Source: a virus (taxonomy: Duplodnaviria; Heunggongvirae; Uroviricota; Caudoviricetes). Taken from it: a stretch of 64,000 nucleotides of DNA. Positions 35,929 to 45,962 of this stretch are shown piece by piece. Location: positions 32,001 to 96,000 of the IMG/VR virus record IMGVR_UViG_3300009709_000001. One strand, given 5' to 3'. The first letter of the stretch is position 1. Each line of letters opens with the position of its first letter. The position numbers and the translations under genes are program-made. The notes below the pieces were generated by a model, which was not told the DNA's origin, did no database searches, and worked only from the letters and a program-made list of their open reading frames with translations.

Positions 35929-36501
35929 TTAAACTCCTTTGTTTCGTCTTTTCTGGGCTTCGCGTCTTGCTTCAGACCAGGGTTTATTTTTCTTAGACTC
36001 GGACATCTTTCTTTTTGTTTCCTCTGTATGAGGCACGGAATGATGGCCAGGTCTACCTGTTTGTAATTCCGATATTCTTCTTTTCGATTCTTCGGAATGT
36101 GTTCTTCCTTTAAAAGGACTAGGTTTACCGTATAAATGATGTTCTGTTCCCGATTTTTGATTAGCCGGGGTTAAACAACCAGTTCTGCCTGCCCAATGAA
36201 CATTAAATCCTTTTTCGTTATCGAAAGTATTAGTTTCTTTATTTCCGATACCGAATAAGATCATATATTCGTTTTCTTTATTCTCCAAATCAACCGCCTC
36301 GATATTTTCTTCTAATATTTCAAAAACAAAATCTTTCGAACTATATTTGTTCCAAGCGTTTTGTAGATGTGGATTGAAGTTTAAATTTCTATTTAGAGCA
36401 GATCTGTGTGATATCCATCTACTCTGTATATTTACACTACTGCCGATATAACGCTTTCCGGAAGAAATTTGTGTTATCGAATAAATTCCCGAGACCTTCA
36501 T
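35929..36501 (-). mobile_element. free-standing GIY-YIG homing endonuclease with NUMOD3 repeats
   Basis: SGIYSI...RYIGSS...RW; HSEESKRRIS and HTEETKRKMS; true start ATG 36501, 4 nt after GATAAATA (36513-36506). Confidence 0.9.
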
Positions 36502-36535
36502 CGTATATTTATCAAGTTTCAAGGAATTTCGGAAA

Positions 36536-36562
36536 TAAAAAAAGGACTCCGTAGAGTCCTTT
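36536..36562 (-). terminator. Rho-independent terminator
   Basis: AAAGGACTC-TACG-GAGTCCTTT plus U tract. Confidence 0.8.
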
Positions 36563-36583
36563 GTATCTGATTCACAGGTCTGA

Positions 36584-37174
36584 TTAGGACTGTGTGAGTT
36601 CGACTGGGTAGTAGCCTGGAGTACCAGTTGGGCTGTTGGTTGGGGTAGCACCAGAAGTTGCACCTGGACCAATTTCCAAATCGCCGTTTGCTGCGGTCGC
36701 AACAGGCATTGTACCGTTCCAAGCAACAAATTCCATATTGAATGTAACTGCGGAGTTAAGAACACCAACGGTTGCACCAACAACGTTTGTTGGAGCTGCA
36801 CCAGCGGTAGTAACCTTAGCTTGAGCATTGAGGACTGGAATAACGGTAGCGATGATACCGTTAACATCCGAGAACCAACCTTCTGCAAAGCCGAGCATAA
36901 CGTCAACCGAAGTTGTTGCTACGTTATACTTGGAAATACCAAGAACGGTTGCCTTTGTTTCCAAAGTCTTCAAAGCCTGAACCATTGCGGATTCAACTAC
37001 GTCGAAAGACGAGTCGGCAACAGTACCAGCACCAGCTGGAGTGGTTGTACCTAGAACAACGAGATCAGCTGCTGCGAGAGCAGAGATGTCCTTGCTGAAA
37101 GTAAGCTTAACGAAAGTGACTTGCTTTTCAACCCAGATACCAGGGTAAGCTGCACCATTTACTTTTTGAGTCAT
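36584..37174 (-). CDS. putative abundant virion protein, tandem paralog A
   Basis: MTQKVNGAAYPGIW; strong AAGGAG RBS; own late motif (37220-37227) and own terminator. Confidence 0.75.
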   Translation of the reverse strand: MTQKVNGAAYPGIWVEKQVTFVKLTFSKDISALAAADLVVLGTTTPAGAGTVADSSFDVVESAMVQALKTLETKATVLGISKYNVATTSVDVMLGFAEGWFSDVNGIIATVIPVLNAQAKVTTAGAAPTNVVGATVGVLNSAVTFNMEFVAWNGTMPVATAANGDLEIGPGATSGATPTNSPTGTPGYYPVELTQS

Positions 37175-37218
37175 GATAAATCTCCTTGATTTTGTGATTG
37201 GTTTCCCAATTCATAAAG

Positions 37219-38100
37219 TTATTTATCATCTCGGTTGAAATATGCTTCAATTTCCGGCGGATACGCAAACTCTTTTGCCAGTTTCCAATCCTGAAAATTC
37301 TCTGCAATTCGCTTCCAAATGCGTTCTTGATCGGTCATTCCGTAGTTTCTTTTAACTGCGGCCATGATTGTTTCAAGACTTTCCAGGTCTGCTGCTGTAC
37401 CATCAACTTCGAATAAGACTTTTGCAACAAAATCGGTATCGAAATATGGACCTTCAGTAACCTGATCATCCTGTTTACGCATCCACACATTGGTATGGGA
37501 CTGTCTCTTGCTTGTTCGCAGAACCTGGATGAAGCCATGTGGACTCCATTTCCAACGCTTTAGGCGAATTGGTCGATTAAACGTATCAACTTCTTCAGAT
37601 TTTTCAAGAACAGTCATCGCGGTGATTGCCGCAATGGCTAGATTTCTGTGTCCGCCCTTATATGCCGATGTATCACCAGGGCTTGCATGGTAAACTCTTT
37701 CCCACTGTGCATTACCGATATTGAAATCGATTTGCACAAATCCTGTACGTGGAAGGAGCTCATTTTTGGTATTATCGAAACCAACAATTGGATACTTGAG
37801 GTGTACCATGTCACCATTTCGAGCAACATTTTCCTTGCCATAAACAAATCGCAAGAAATCAATGAGATCTGCAACAATCCATCTGCACCAGTCTCGGTCC
37901 AACACTAAGTCAATGTCGCCTGAGTATTCGCGTTTTCCTGTAGAACCAAGTACGAAATCGTTAAGGTTTACAGGGGATAGGTTCATCTCCTTTGACAATT
38001 TGTCAAGAGTTGGCTTAATTTCTGTAACGTGGATGGTTCCACACCCCGAAATGGCGGAGCCCCCATTGTCTGAGGGCTCCTTGATGTAATTTAGTTTCAT
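37219..38100 (-). CDS. Pol-beta-superfamily nucleotidyltransferase
   Basis: LGSTGKREYSGDIDLVL (GS..DxD) and VQIDF third Asp. Confidence 0.7.
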   Translation of the reverse strand: MKLNYIKEPSDNGGSAISGCGTIHVTEIKPTLDKLSKEMNLSPVNLNDFVLGSTGKREYSGDIDLVLDRDWCRWIVADLIDFLRFVYGKENVARNGDMVHLKYPIVGFDNTKNELLPRTGFVQIDFNIGNAQWERVYHASPGDTSAYKGGHRNLAIAAITAMTVLEKSEEVDTFNRPIRLKRWKWSPHGFIQVLRTSKRQSHTNVWMRKQDDQVTEGPYFDTDFVAKVLFEVDGTAADLESLETIMAAVKRNYGMTDQERIWKRIAENFQDWKLAKEFAYPPEIEAYFNRDDK

Positions 38101-38339
38101 TCTTCGATCAATTCATCGAGTGATAAGTCATATTCCTTGAGCAAACTATCGAAATGCTTACGAGATTTCTTTCCTCGCCTCCAGGCCTTAATAATCCTGT
38201 TCTTGATGCGAGTTACGTTGATTCCTTTGCTTGCTCGCCTCTTTAGTCCTCTAAGTAATCGAATGTATTGACTACCTTTAAGGACATCTCCTAAAGATAC
38301 ACTTTCATCCGTTACTGCTGTGATTTCGTCTAGTCTCAT
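38097..38339 (-). CDS. small basic late protein
   Basis: MRLDEI N-terminus; overlaps both neighbours. Confidence 0.6.
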   Translation of the reverse strand: MRLDEITAVTDESVSLGDVLKGSQYIRLLRGLKRRASKGINVTRIKNRIIKAWRRGKKSRKHFDSLLKEYDLSLDELIEE

Positions 38340-39411
38340 CTTCTGCCCGATTTATCTTGAATGCGAATAACTCAAGCGTGCGACGATCTACAGCCCCGGT
38401 ATATCTGAATTCTCTGCTCATTTGTTGAACATAAATTCTCTTCGCATGCTTCTCTTTCTTATATTTATCAAGAAGAGACAAAATTGTTTCCCGGCTTGAT
38501 ACCTTGTCAAGAGAATTACGGACTTCCCAGACGAACTTATGTATTACTCCGAATGTATCCTTATCGACAAGTTTAACCATTTTGCCGGTTGTTTTATGTT
38601 TCAGGACCACACCTTCAATCCATCCACCCAAGGGGCCATACTTGCTACCCTTACCACGAACAATATTGTTCAACAGAATTGCCTTTAACGGAAGGATATA
38701 CTTACGTTGAAGAATTTCTCGAATACTTTCTCTTCGAATCTTGGCCTGGGCTCGATCAGCAACTGGTAATTTCGATAGATTCAATGTGGCAAGTTCATAA
38801 ACAGTCTTGCCGGGTTGGTTTGATTGTTCAGCAAGTCGACTAACAAGCCTTTCTCGTTCGAGATCGATATATGCTTCAAGTTTAATTTCATCGATCTCGA
38901 CAACCGGAACTCGACCAAAACCCCACTTCTGAGTATTAGTCTCAAGTCGAATGTTAATACCGTCATTTGTGAATGGGGACTGCAGGGTCACCGTTAGGGA
39001 ATGACCGGAGAACTCCAGTCCCAACCGGTCAATATCAACCGAACCTGCAGTGGTGCGCAGGAAGACAATATGACTAATATCACCGAGGTAGGGAACAACG
39101 TTCGGGAGTTCCCCGTGCAATACTTCAATCTCAACCTGATCACCTGACTTCATGCCAGCCGCCAATAGTTTCGATAGGGATTCCTTCAATGCCACATGAG
39201 CAAATCGTTGATATGTGGTGCTGAACCCGATTTCATACTCTGCTACATTATAGACGCGAGTAGTACCACGGGAGGTATAAAAACCTTGATCATCGATACC
39301 GAATAGAAGTTGAGCACCATCAAGCTTCTCGGTAGCTTCATAATCCGAGATGTTGGTGATTACATCAATTAGTTCTAGTAAGGGTAAATCTTCGAAGTGT
39401 TTAATGCTCAT
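38305..39411 (-). CDS. ligase/capping-superfamily nucleotidyltransferase (RNA-ligase-like)
   Basis: TEKLDG (motif I), EGVV (motif IV), VKLV (motif V). Confidence 0.6.
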   Translation of the reverse strand: MSIKHFEDLPLLELIDVITNISDYEATEKLDGAQLLFGIDDQGFYTSRGTTRVYNVAEYEIGFSTTYQRFAHVALKESLSKLLAAGMKSGDQVEIEVLHGELPNVVPYLGDISHIVFLRTTAGSVDIDRLGLEFSGHSLTVTLQSPFTNDGINIRLETNTQKWGFGRVPVVEIDEIKLEAYIDLERERLVSRLAEQSNQPGKTVYELATLNLSKLPVADRAQAKIRRESIREILQRKYILPLKAILLNNIVRGKGSKYGPLGGWIEGVVLKHKTTGKMVKLVDKDTFGVIHKFVWEVRNSLDKVSSRETILSLLDKYKKEKHAKRIYVQQMSREFRYTGAVDRRTLELFAFKINRAEDETRRNHSSNG

Positions 39412-39944
39412 TTTTTAGATCGGCCAAGCTGTGTGTTTTCGTGTTCTTTCACGAGTTCAGCTCTGCCCAATCTTTCTTCCTTCACAATCGATGTGAAGAT
39501 TTCCCTAATGTCTTCGACCACTGCTTTACCATGGAAGTGTACCGATTCTGTAAAGCCGTATTCCTTTTCTAGGAATGCAATCAAGTCTTTTTCGAGACCA
39601 TTTTGTCTGGCATAATCGGCAATCTTCTGTACCGCAGGGCTTGTCTCAGGTTCGTCAAATTCACCTTTTTTCGTAGGATCTTCGCCGAATACTTGGACAA
39701 ATATTTTCTTTACCTCAGGTTTGCTGAACCCATGCGCTAATAATAGCCCCTCTATGTCACGGGTGTCATCTGGAAACCCAGCATCCGCCCAAGCTTTTTG
39801 AAGTTCTGCAGCATCAATCGTTGGCTTTCTTAAGCTCTTGATGTATTTCGCTGGACCTTTTGGTGTATTTCTATCCGATACTGCTTTCTTAAAGATTGCT
39901 TTGGTATCGGCACGATTAAGTTGTACTTCGAATAATTTACGCAT
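39408..39944 (-). CDS. late hypothetical protein
   Basis: MRKLFE N-terminus; coupled ORF. Confidence 0.65.
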   Translation of the reverse strand: MRKLFEVQLNRADTKAIFKKAVSDRNTPKGPAKYIKSLRKPTIDAAELQKAWADAGFPDDTRDIEGLLLAHGFSKPEVKKIFVQVFGEDPTKKGEFDEPETSPAVQKIADYARQNGLEKDLIAFLEKEYGFTESVHFHGKAVVEDIREIFTSIVKEERLGRAELVKEHENTQLGRSKK

Positions 39945-40695
39945 CTGTCAATGCCCTCCAAAGAGATTTTCTTTGTGCATCCGACATAACATCTCGAATA
40001 ACTCTTTTTAGTTTGTTTAACTCTTCGGCTCGTTCTTCGGGCGATTTTTCGGAAGAAACTGGCGGAACGCTCTTCTTGTTATCCACGTCGGGAGATTGCT
40101 GGGACGCTTGCGAACCCGATAGTATTTTGAAGACTTCTTCGACATCTTTCTCATCTAGTTCAAACCCCTGTTCTTCACGGAAGTCCTCACGCAGACCTTT
40201 CTTCTTAAGCCATTTCTTAAATCGACCTTCGGGCTTCTCTTGTTTAGGTTCATCGGGGATGTCTCTATAGTCGACATCTGACACATCGGCTAAAGGATCG
40301 TGCCCGAGCTGCTTCGTCTGCAGCGGAGCATCCAAAGCAGGTCTTTCTTTGTTCCCAATTTTCTGTTGACCAGGTCCGACTTGCTTAGGTGGAAAGGCAC
40401 CAGGGCGCATTTCGCTATGATGCCAAGTTGATAAATCGGAACTTGGAATAGGTTTGTTTTGAAGCTTACCTGGTTGTCTACCAATTGCTTTCTTAGACAA
40501 TACCATATGAATGGCATTAGCAATTTGGTCAGGTGTATAATCTGTCTTCAACTCTAGAAAGTCTGAAAGATCGCTCGCAGTTACCGATCTTTTATAGTTT
40601 AGCTTTCCGGTATTCGGATCAGATTTTAAATCGACAATTTGGTTGTTCTTTAGATATTGAATCCAACTCTTTGTCAGTTGTGGATTAATTGCCAT
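39937..40695 (-). CDS. late hypothetical protein
   Basis: Coupled ORF. Confidence 0.65.
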   Translation of the reverse strand: MAINPQLTKSWIQYLKNNQIVDLKSDPNTGKLNYKRSVTASDLSDFLELKTDYTPDQIANAIHMVLSKKAIGRQPGKLQNKPIPSSDLSTWHHSEMRPGAFPPKQVGPGQQKIGNKERPALDAPLQTKQLGHDPLADVSDVDYRDIPDEPKQEKPEGRFKKWLKKKGLREDFREEQGFELDEKDVEEVFKILSGSQASQQSPDVDNKKSVPPVSSEKSPEERAEELNKLKRVIRDVMSDAQRKSLWRALTDA

Positions 40696-40966
40696 CTAGG
40701 TCAGTTTCCTCATTGACCCCAGTCTTAATTCGATTAACCATACGAGTAAAACGATTAGGATCTGCACCGCGGATACTGGAGACAAAACGCTTCTTTAATG
40801 CTTCGGCTTCTTCTGGGGAAAAAGCCTCGTCGATTGACTCCAACAGATTGATAGCCGAAACTATAATGTGTTGGGCACGCGACTCGATAATATCTTCCTT
40901 GCTCTTCTGAGGAACACAGGCACTGATCTCTTCTAAAATAGATCTACTTCTGCGATTTATAGACAA
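40685..40966 (-). CDS. conserved-looking small helical protein
   Basis: RSILEEI...IESRAQHII.SAINLLE; late motif at 40991-40998. Confidence 0.7.
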   Translation of the reverse strand: MSINRRSRSILEEISACVPQKSKEDIIESRAQHIIVSAINLLESIDEAFSPEEAEALKKRFVSSIRGADPNRFTRMVNRIKTGVNEETDLDGN

Positions 40967-41004
40967 TTTCAGTCTCCGGTTGCTTTAAGCTATTTATCTG
41001 GATT

Positions 41005-42441
41005 TTATCTTTTCTTCAAAAAAGCTCTTAACGTGGCTGCTCCCTCGATAGGATTAGCTCTTTCTGGCGCAGTTTTCGATGTAATTTCACCGGATTCCGG
41101 ATCAACCTTTTCTCCACTACGAACAACACTCTTCTTTTTAAGTTGTTCGAACACATTCTTAGTGACCGCTTGCACTGCACCGTCTTCGCCGTCCTCAAGG
41201 TCCGAAATTCTCAAGCTCTTGTTATTGAATGCCAAGTCGACCTTAGAACCAACACCCGAACTTGAACGAGTCTTCATGAACTGAATCTGATAACGACCAC
41301 CTTCCTTCATGGCTGCACTTGTGAAAATACCGACAACGTTGTCAGCGGTGTTAACCTTAGAAATACCACCAGCGATATGACTTGGATCAAATTCAATTTC
41401 TTCATAAGATCCACGGTTAAGCTGTGAAGCCGATACACAAAGTACATCAAGCTCAACGGCCAAGTTACGCAACTCTTCGGTTACATACTTGTCCTTAACG
41501 AAAAGGTTTTCTGCTGAAATTTTCTTACTCATAGGAAACATCAAGTCCAAATAGTCAATCAACAATCCATCTACTTTTCTTCCGCAATGGATTTCATATT
41601 CTTTAATAAATGCTCGAACATCATTTGCGGTACAACCGTTTGGCAATTGTTTGATACGAAGTGAGCCTCTACTCTTTTGTTGAGCTGCACGAATCTTCAT
41701 GTGAACATCGTCAATGTTCTTCATAATTTCTCGTGTTTCGTAATCCGTGTGCATAGCATCGATACGCATAGCACAAAGCTTTTCACTCAGTTCCAATGAA
41801 AGGTAAACAACATTCAATCCTTGCTGTGCCCAGTTCACACCAATGTTTTGCAAGAACAATGATTTACCTGCACCGGATTGTCCTGCGAAAATTGTGATTT
41901 CGCCACGGTTAAGACCACCAAACAACTTTTCGTCAACAGATCTCCATCCGGTTGAAATCTGTCCTTTGTTTTCGCGAAGGGCCTCCAAACGTTCCTTTGG
42001 ATTTGCATAGTAATCCAGACCTAAGTCCTTAACCAATGCAATCTGGACTGCGGCCTTAATTGCGCTTTCCACTTCACCATATCTGCTATCATCAAGTAAT
42101 TTCGGTGCTGCAAAGATTGCATCACGAAGTGCCTTGTGTCTGCAAAACTTTTCGAATTCCCGTAGAAACCAACCTTCGTGTGTCGCAGCCTCAACCGGAA
42201 TTAACATGATGTCTTTTCTGGTGATTGCTTTGATTTGTTCTAATGACGGAATGATTGCAAAGTCGGTACTGTAACCCTCGATAAAGGCAACCGTATCTCT
42301 ATTTTGCCTATCGTCAAAATATTCGGATTTTAGAATACCTTTGCAACGGACAAACAAGTCCGGCTTGCTCATCATAAAGTTGATAAAAAGATCTTCGATA
42401 TCCTTGCTGTAATCAGTAATTTCGCTTGCGGTTTCTGACAT
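41005..42441 (-). CDS. replicative DNA helicase (gp41/DnaB family)
   Basis: STGW..VD, GQSGAGKS, SLELSE, IDYLD, SQLNR, KTR. Confidence 0.93.
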   Translation of the reverse strand: MSETASEITDYSKDIEDLFINFMMSKPDLFVRCKGILKSEYFDDRQNRDTVAFIEGYSTDFAIIPSLEQIKAITRKDIMLIPVEAATHEGWFLREFEKFCRHKALRDAIFAAPKLLDDSRYGEVESAIKAAVQIALVKDLGLDYYANPKERLEALRENKGQISTGWRSVDEKLFGGLNRGEITIFAGQSGAGKSLFLQNIGVNWAQQGLNVVYLSLELSEKLCAMRIDAMHTDYETREIMKNIDDVHMKIRAAQQKSRGSLRIKQLPNGCTANDVRAFIKEYEIHCGRKVDGLLIDYLDLMFPMSKKISAENLFVKDKYVTEELRNLAVELDVLCVSASQLNRGSYEEIEFDPSHIAGGISKVNTADNVVGIFTSAAMKEGGRYQIQFMKTRSSSGVGSKVDLAFNNKSLRISDLEDGEDGAVQAVTKNVFEQLKKKSVVRSGEKVDPESGEITSKTAPERANPIEGAATLRAFLKKR

Positions 42442-43480
42442 TCTGTTCAATTTCCCAATGTAGTTTTATGTTCATCTTTCCAGAAACAGCGGATGAGATT
42501 ATCGAATGCGTCGTCAACAATCTTCCATATTTTTCTGCTGCCTGGGCGGCGTCTTTAATACCCGAATCCCATTTAGGGAAGGATACCGCCCAATTATTTT
42601 CGATAGCAATATCTACTAGATCTTGCCCTTTCTTGTCCCTATCTGGACACACAATAATTTGTTTCTGGAGTCTATTGATAATGTCGGCTTTGGCCTGACC
42701 TATCTCACCTAGAATACTTATCCCATCTATCACATAGGCATCTAGGACTCCCTCTGTGACAAGGACATATTTACGATTCCATTCAGCTTGCCTGTCTAGA
42801 TTATAGACAAAGTCAGTTGGGCATTGCTGATAATATTTCGGGATGCTTTTGTCATCGACTGTGTAATATAATCTAGATGTAAATCCGACAATCTTATCTT
42901 TGTAAATGTATGGAATGATTAGACGCTGATTCATATTCATCTTCTTATCTGGCGTCCAATAGAAATTCTCTAGATCATAGATCTTTCGATTTAGTGCATA
43001 ATCCACAACCTTTAAAAATTCTGGATCATCTAAGCCGTATTCTAACCATTCTGTAACTGGCAACCAGTTGTCTGGCATTGCCATAGGCTTCCATTTGTCG
43101 AGGAGACTTCGAAACTTTGATTCGGCATCTTCGGGTTTGTTTTCATCACCGTCGCGAAGAACTTGAATCTGATTCTTCTGCTTGAAGATTTCAAATTCGA
43201 TTGAATCGATAAATTTGTCTTGGATGTTTAGATTCTTCAGAAAGAACTTAAAGGATTTCGAAAGTTCTTTACCTTCGGTATAGCTTGCAGAGAATCCACA
43301 ATTGAAACAGTTGACTGCAATCGACTGTGGATTGAATTGTATACCCATTCGATTTCTAGTATCTGTGCCATGACCTTGAGTATGGCACAACATACAATGG
43401 CGCTTAAACCAGCCCTTAGGGGCCAGCTTCAGCGCTCCAATGTTCTGCTTTACCGCATCAGTAATTACATCGATTATCAT
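42413..43480 (-). CDS. DNA primase (gp61-like)
   Basis: CxxC/CFNC zinc finger; RLIIP; TOPRIM TEGVLDA, PDRD, KD. Confidence 0.9.
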   Translation of the reverse strand: MIIDVITDAVKQNIGALKLAPKGWFKRHCMLCHTQGHGTDTRNRMGIQFNPQSIAVNCFNCGFSASYTEGKELSKSFKFFLKNLNIQDKFIDSIEFEIFKQKNQIQVLRDGDENKPEDAESKFRSLLDKWKPMAMPDNWLPVTEWLEYGLDDPEFLKVVDYALNRKIYDLENFYWTPDKKMNMNQRLIIPYIYKDKIVGFTSRLYYTVDDKSIPKYYQQCPTDFVYNLDRQAEWNRKYVLVTEGVLDAYVIDGISILGEIGQAKADIINRLQKQIIVCPDRDKKGQDLVDIAIENNWAVSFPKWDSGIKDAAQAAEKYGRLLTTHSIISSAVSGKMNIKLHWEIEQNVRNRKRNY

Positions 43481-44034
43481 TTAGTCTTACAATTTTCAAA
43501 ATGCCATTGTTTCATCTGTGGTGCACCACCTTCTTTCCCACAATGCGGGCACTGTGCCTTTTCTTGTGGAATATTTCTACGATGTCCGACTCTCTTTTCG
43601 ATCCATTCCGGTGTCTGTGGCCCTAATTTTCGATTTTTATTCTTTCCAACAAGCGAAGCTGATTTCTTCTCTGATGACTCTTTACCCATTTTCTTTCCGA
43701 ACATACCTCTTGGATTTTTATCACCTTGCCTTGCTTCCGACAATTTTTGCCTTGTTCCATCGGAAACTATTCTGCCAGAACCACCTTCACCACCGTCGGT
43801 TAAATTTCTAAGAATACCTGTATCATTATCTTTTCTTCCCCACCAACGAATATATCTTCTTTCCAGAGCAAATGCACCCAATTCTGTTAGATTAGTCTCT
43901 AAGAAGATTATCCTTGACTTATCTGACGGCGGATAAAATCCATTATGGCGCTCATATGCTCTCCTACCGCATCCTTTGCCGATATAATATGGTGTGCCAT
44001 CTTGTCGAATATAAGCATAAACGTAGAAGTTCAT
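43477..44034 (-). mobile_element. free-standing GIY-YIG-like homing endonuclease
   Basis: YVYAYIR...PYYIGKG..RR...E...NLTDGGEG; C-terminal CPHC...HFENC. Confidence 0.85.
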
Positions 44035-44039
44035 TTTGT

Positions 44040-44068
44040 ATTATAGCAGTTTTCTAAAGAAAAGTCAA
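44040..44068 (-). promoter_or_regulatory. sigma70-type promoter (leaderless start)
   Basis: TTGACT-N17-TATAAT, 5 nt before ATG 44034. Confidence 0.75.
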
Positions 44069-44134
44069 AGAAAAAGGACGACCCTTAGCCTAGTTGTCGT
44101 CCATAACCTTATTAGAAAGATTTAATTGGGAGAT

Positions 44135-44278
44135 TTACTTTTTCTTCGGTAAAGAAGGTGGTTTAGGTGGTTTCCTATGTTCCATCACAGTTGTAGCTGG
44201 ATGACGTTTTACATAAGATTCTGATACAAAACGACCGGTGATAGCGCTGAGGACGTGGCCGCCTGGTTTCTTGGACAT
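44135..44278 (-). CDS. 47-aa basic microprotein (not in ORF track)
   Basis: MSKKPGGHVLSAITGRFVSESYVKRHPATTVMEHRKPPKPPSLPKKK; AAAGGAG RBS; terminator-like hairpin at about 44071-44102. Confidence 0.7.
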   Translation of the reverse strand: MSKKPGGHVLSAITGRFVSESYVKRHPATTVMEHRKPPKPPSLPKKK

Positions 44279-44370
44279 TTTAATGTCTCCTTTGTTATGT
44301 TGGGTTGAAATTAGCCCAACATATTACTTATCTTCTGCCATAGAAGAAAGGAAACATTAAATTATTGATG

Positions 44371-45243
44371 TCAAGCCCTTACAATTAGTTTCTTTAGAAT
44401 ACCGGGATAGAGAACTTCAGTGCTTGGGAAGTATCTAAACTTCAACCACATGAAGTTGGCGCTGAATGTCCACGCCTGTGTTCCAGTATAAGAAATAAAT
44501 TCGATATCTGTAGACATCGACGATGGATAAATTCTAAACCATCTTGATTCTTGAAGATATGGATCTGGCGTTTCTTCCAGTGTTCCCCAAATTTCTAACC
44601 TACCAGTAAAATCTTCTGTGTAAGTTGAAAAAGAATGAACCGATTCTTTATGGTTGAGTACACGAGCACCTGCAATGCGACCAGTATAGAAGCAAGGTGT
44701 CGGTGGACCAAATGTCGGAATAAGAATGTCTGGTGTCCAATCCTTTGGTTCATAAATCACACTAGGAAGCGGAGCCTTCATCGCTTGCTCTGTAATTTCG
44801 ATTTCCATATTGACATTATCGTACATATCGCTGTAGAGTGGTTTCTCTACATAATAACCCGGAATATTTGCAACAAAGTTTTCTGTTCTAATCAGAACCA
44901 TTTCGTATAGTCCGGCATGAACATCAACAATATCACCAGAATCAAGTTCTAATGTAATGATACCTTTCGCTGGACCGAGACGGCAAAGCTTTTCGAGCAC
45001 AACCATTCTATTATCGGGGTCGATAATTCTTGCATAAACCTGCTCGCCACAACCAATGTCGTAGGGAATGCGATCAGGCCCAAGGGTTCTAAAAATGATC
45101 TTGTTATCGATTCCCTTGTGGGCTTTGATCGGATTCTTATTCATTGGGCCGTTGTCCCCTTTGCAAGCACAAAATGTATCTCCAAGAACGAGGAGTTGCC
45201 TGACGTGGTCATACATATAGACCTTATTGAAGGATACATCCAC
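44371..45243 (-). CDS. late beta-rich hypothetical (probable virion) protein
   Basis: Start re-called at GTG 45243 after AAAGGAG; IKAHKGIDNKI...WLKFRY...KKLIVR. Confidence 0.7.
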   Translation of the reverse strand: MDVSFNKVYMYDHVRQLLVLGDTFCACKGDNGPMNKNPIKAHKGIDNKIIFRTLGPDRIPYDIGCGEQVYARIIDPDNRMVVLEKLCRLGPAKGIITLELDSGDIVDVHAGLYEMVLIRTENFVANIPGYYVEKPLYSDMYDNVNMEIEITEQAMKAPLPSVIYEPKDWTPDILIPTFGPPTPCFYTGRIAGARVLNHKESVHSFSTYTEDFTGRLEIWGTLEETPDPYLQESRWFRIYPSSMSTDIEFISYTGTQAWTFSANFMWLKFRYFPSTEVLYPGILKKLIVRA

Positions 45244-45244
45244 A

Positions 45245-45892
45245 TCAATCTCCTTTTGTGCATTTGTTGTAATGGTGTTGCTTAATTGCGCTGGATCCAC
45301 CAAATTTCCTGCATACAATACACGATAATAATGGTTGTGGTCCTTTAGGTACACCTTTTAATGTGTTACTTATCGAATCTTTCGCCGCCTGTGACCTGGG
45401 TGTGCCAATCTTTGCCACACTCTGTTTCCTCTTAGTATCGTCTGATACTACACGACCCTTGTTTGGATTATACTTAGAAAAGGAATCGCGTATTTTCTGC
45501 TTGTGCTTGTCTGTTAAGGGAATTCCCTTCTTGGCTTGTCGAGAAGCCTCTTTAATTACAGAATATTCTTCGGGTGTAAAAATTCTTCTCCCATCTTTAA
45601 GAGTGCATAAACCCGATAAGGCATATAACATTTTTCTTTTTATCGGACCAGTAAATATTTCGCTAAGTAACTGGTGTGCGATAAAGTGCTCTTTCGCTGA
45701 TAAAATTACCAAATTATTTTTATCAGTCCTTTGGTCATCTGTATCGCACACACACTTCGGAAGGATATGATGTTTTTCAGTATATCCATCAATTGTAGAA
45801 CGAGATAGGCAATCTTCGATAAGCGCGGCATATTCTGCAGCTCTAATCTTATCTGAGGCAAGTTCGAGAATTTTCTGTAAATAATTGTTCAT
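45245..45892 (-). mobile_element. free-standing HNH homing endonuclease
   Basis: EKHHILPK...NLV.LSAKEHFIAH; NUMOD3-like tail; late motif at 45900-45907. Confidence 0.88.
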
Positions 45893-45899
45893 ATTGCTA

Positions 45900-45955
45900 T
45901 ATTTATCAAGACCTACTTCAAAAAAAGTTCCAATATGACCGGTTCTTCATAAATA
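45900..45955. promoter_or_regulatory. divergent pair of late promoter motifs
   Basis: GATAAATA (-, 45907-45900) and CATAAATA (+, 45948-45955), each 7 nt before an ATG. Confidence 0.65.
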
Positions 45956-45962
45956 AGTCGTT

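Noticed and set aside
36502-36906. N-terminal extension of the 325-aa ORF 35929-36906
   Set aside because: It crosses a terminator and overlaps the 36584-37174 gene. The GIY-YIG domain starts at ATG 36501 after its own promoter motif.
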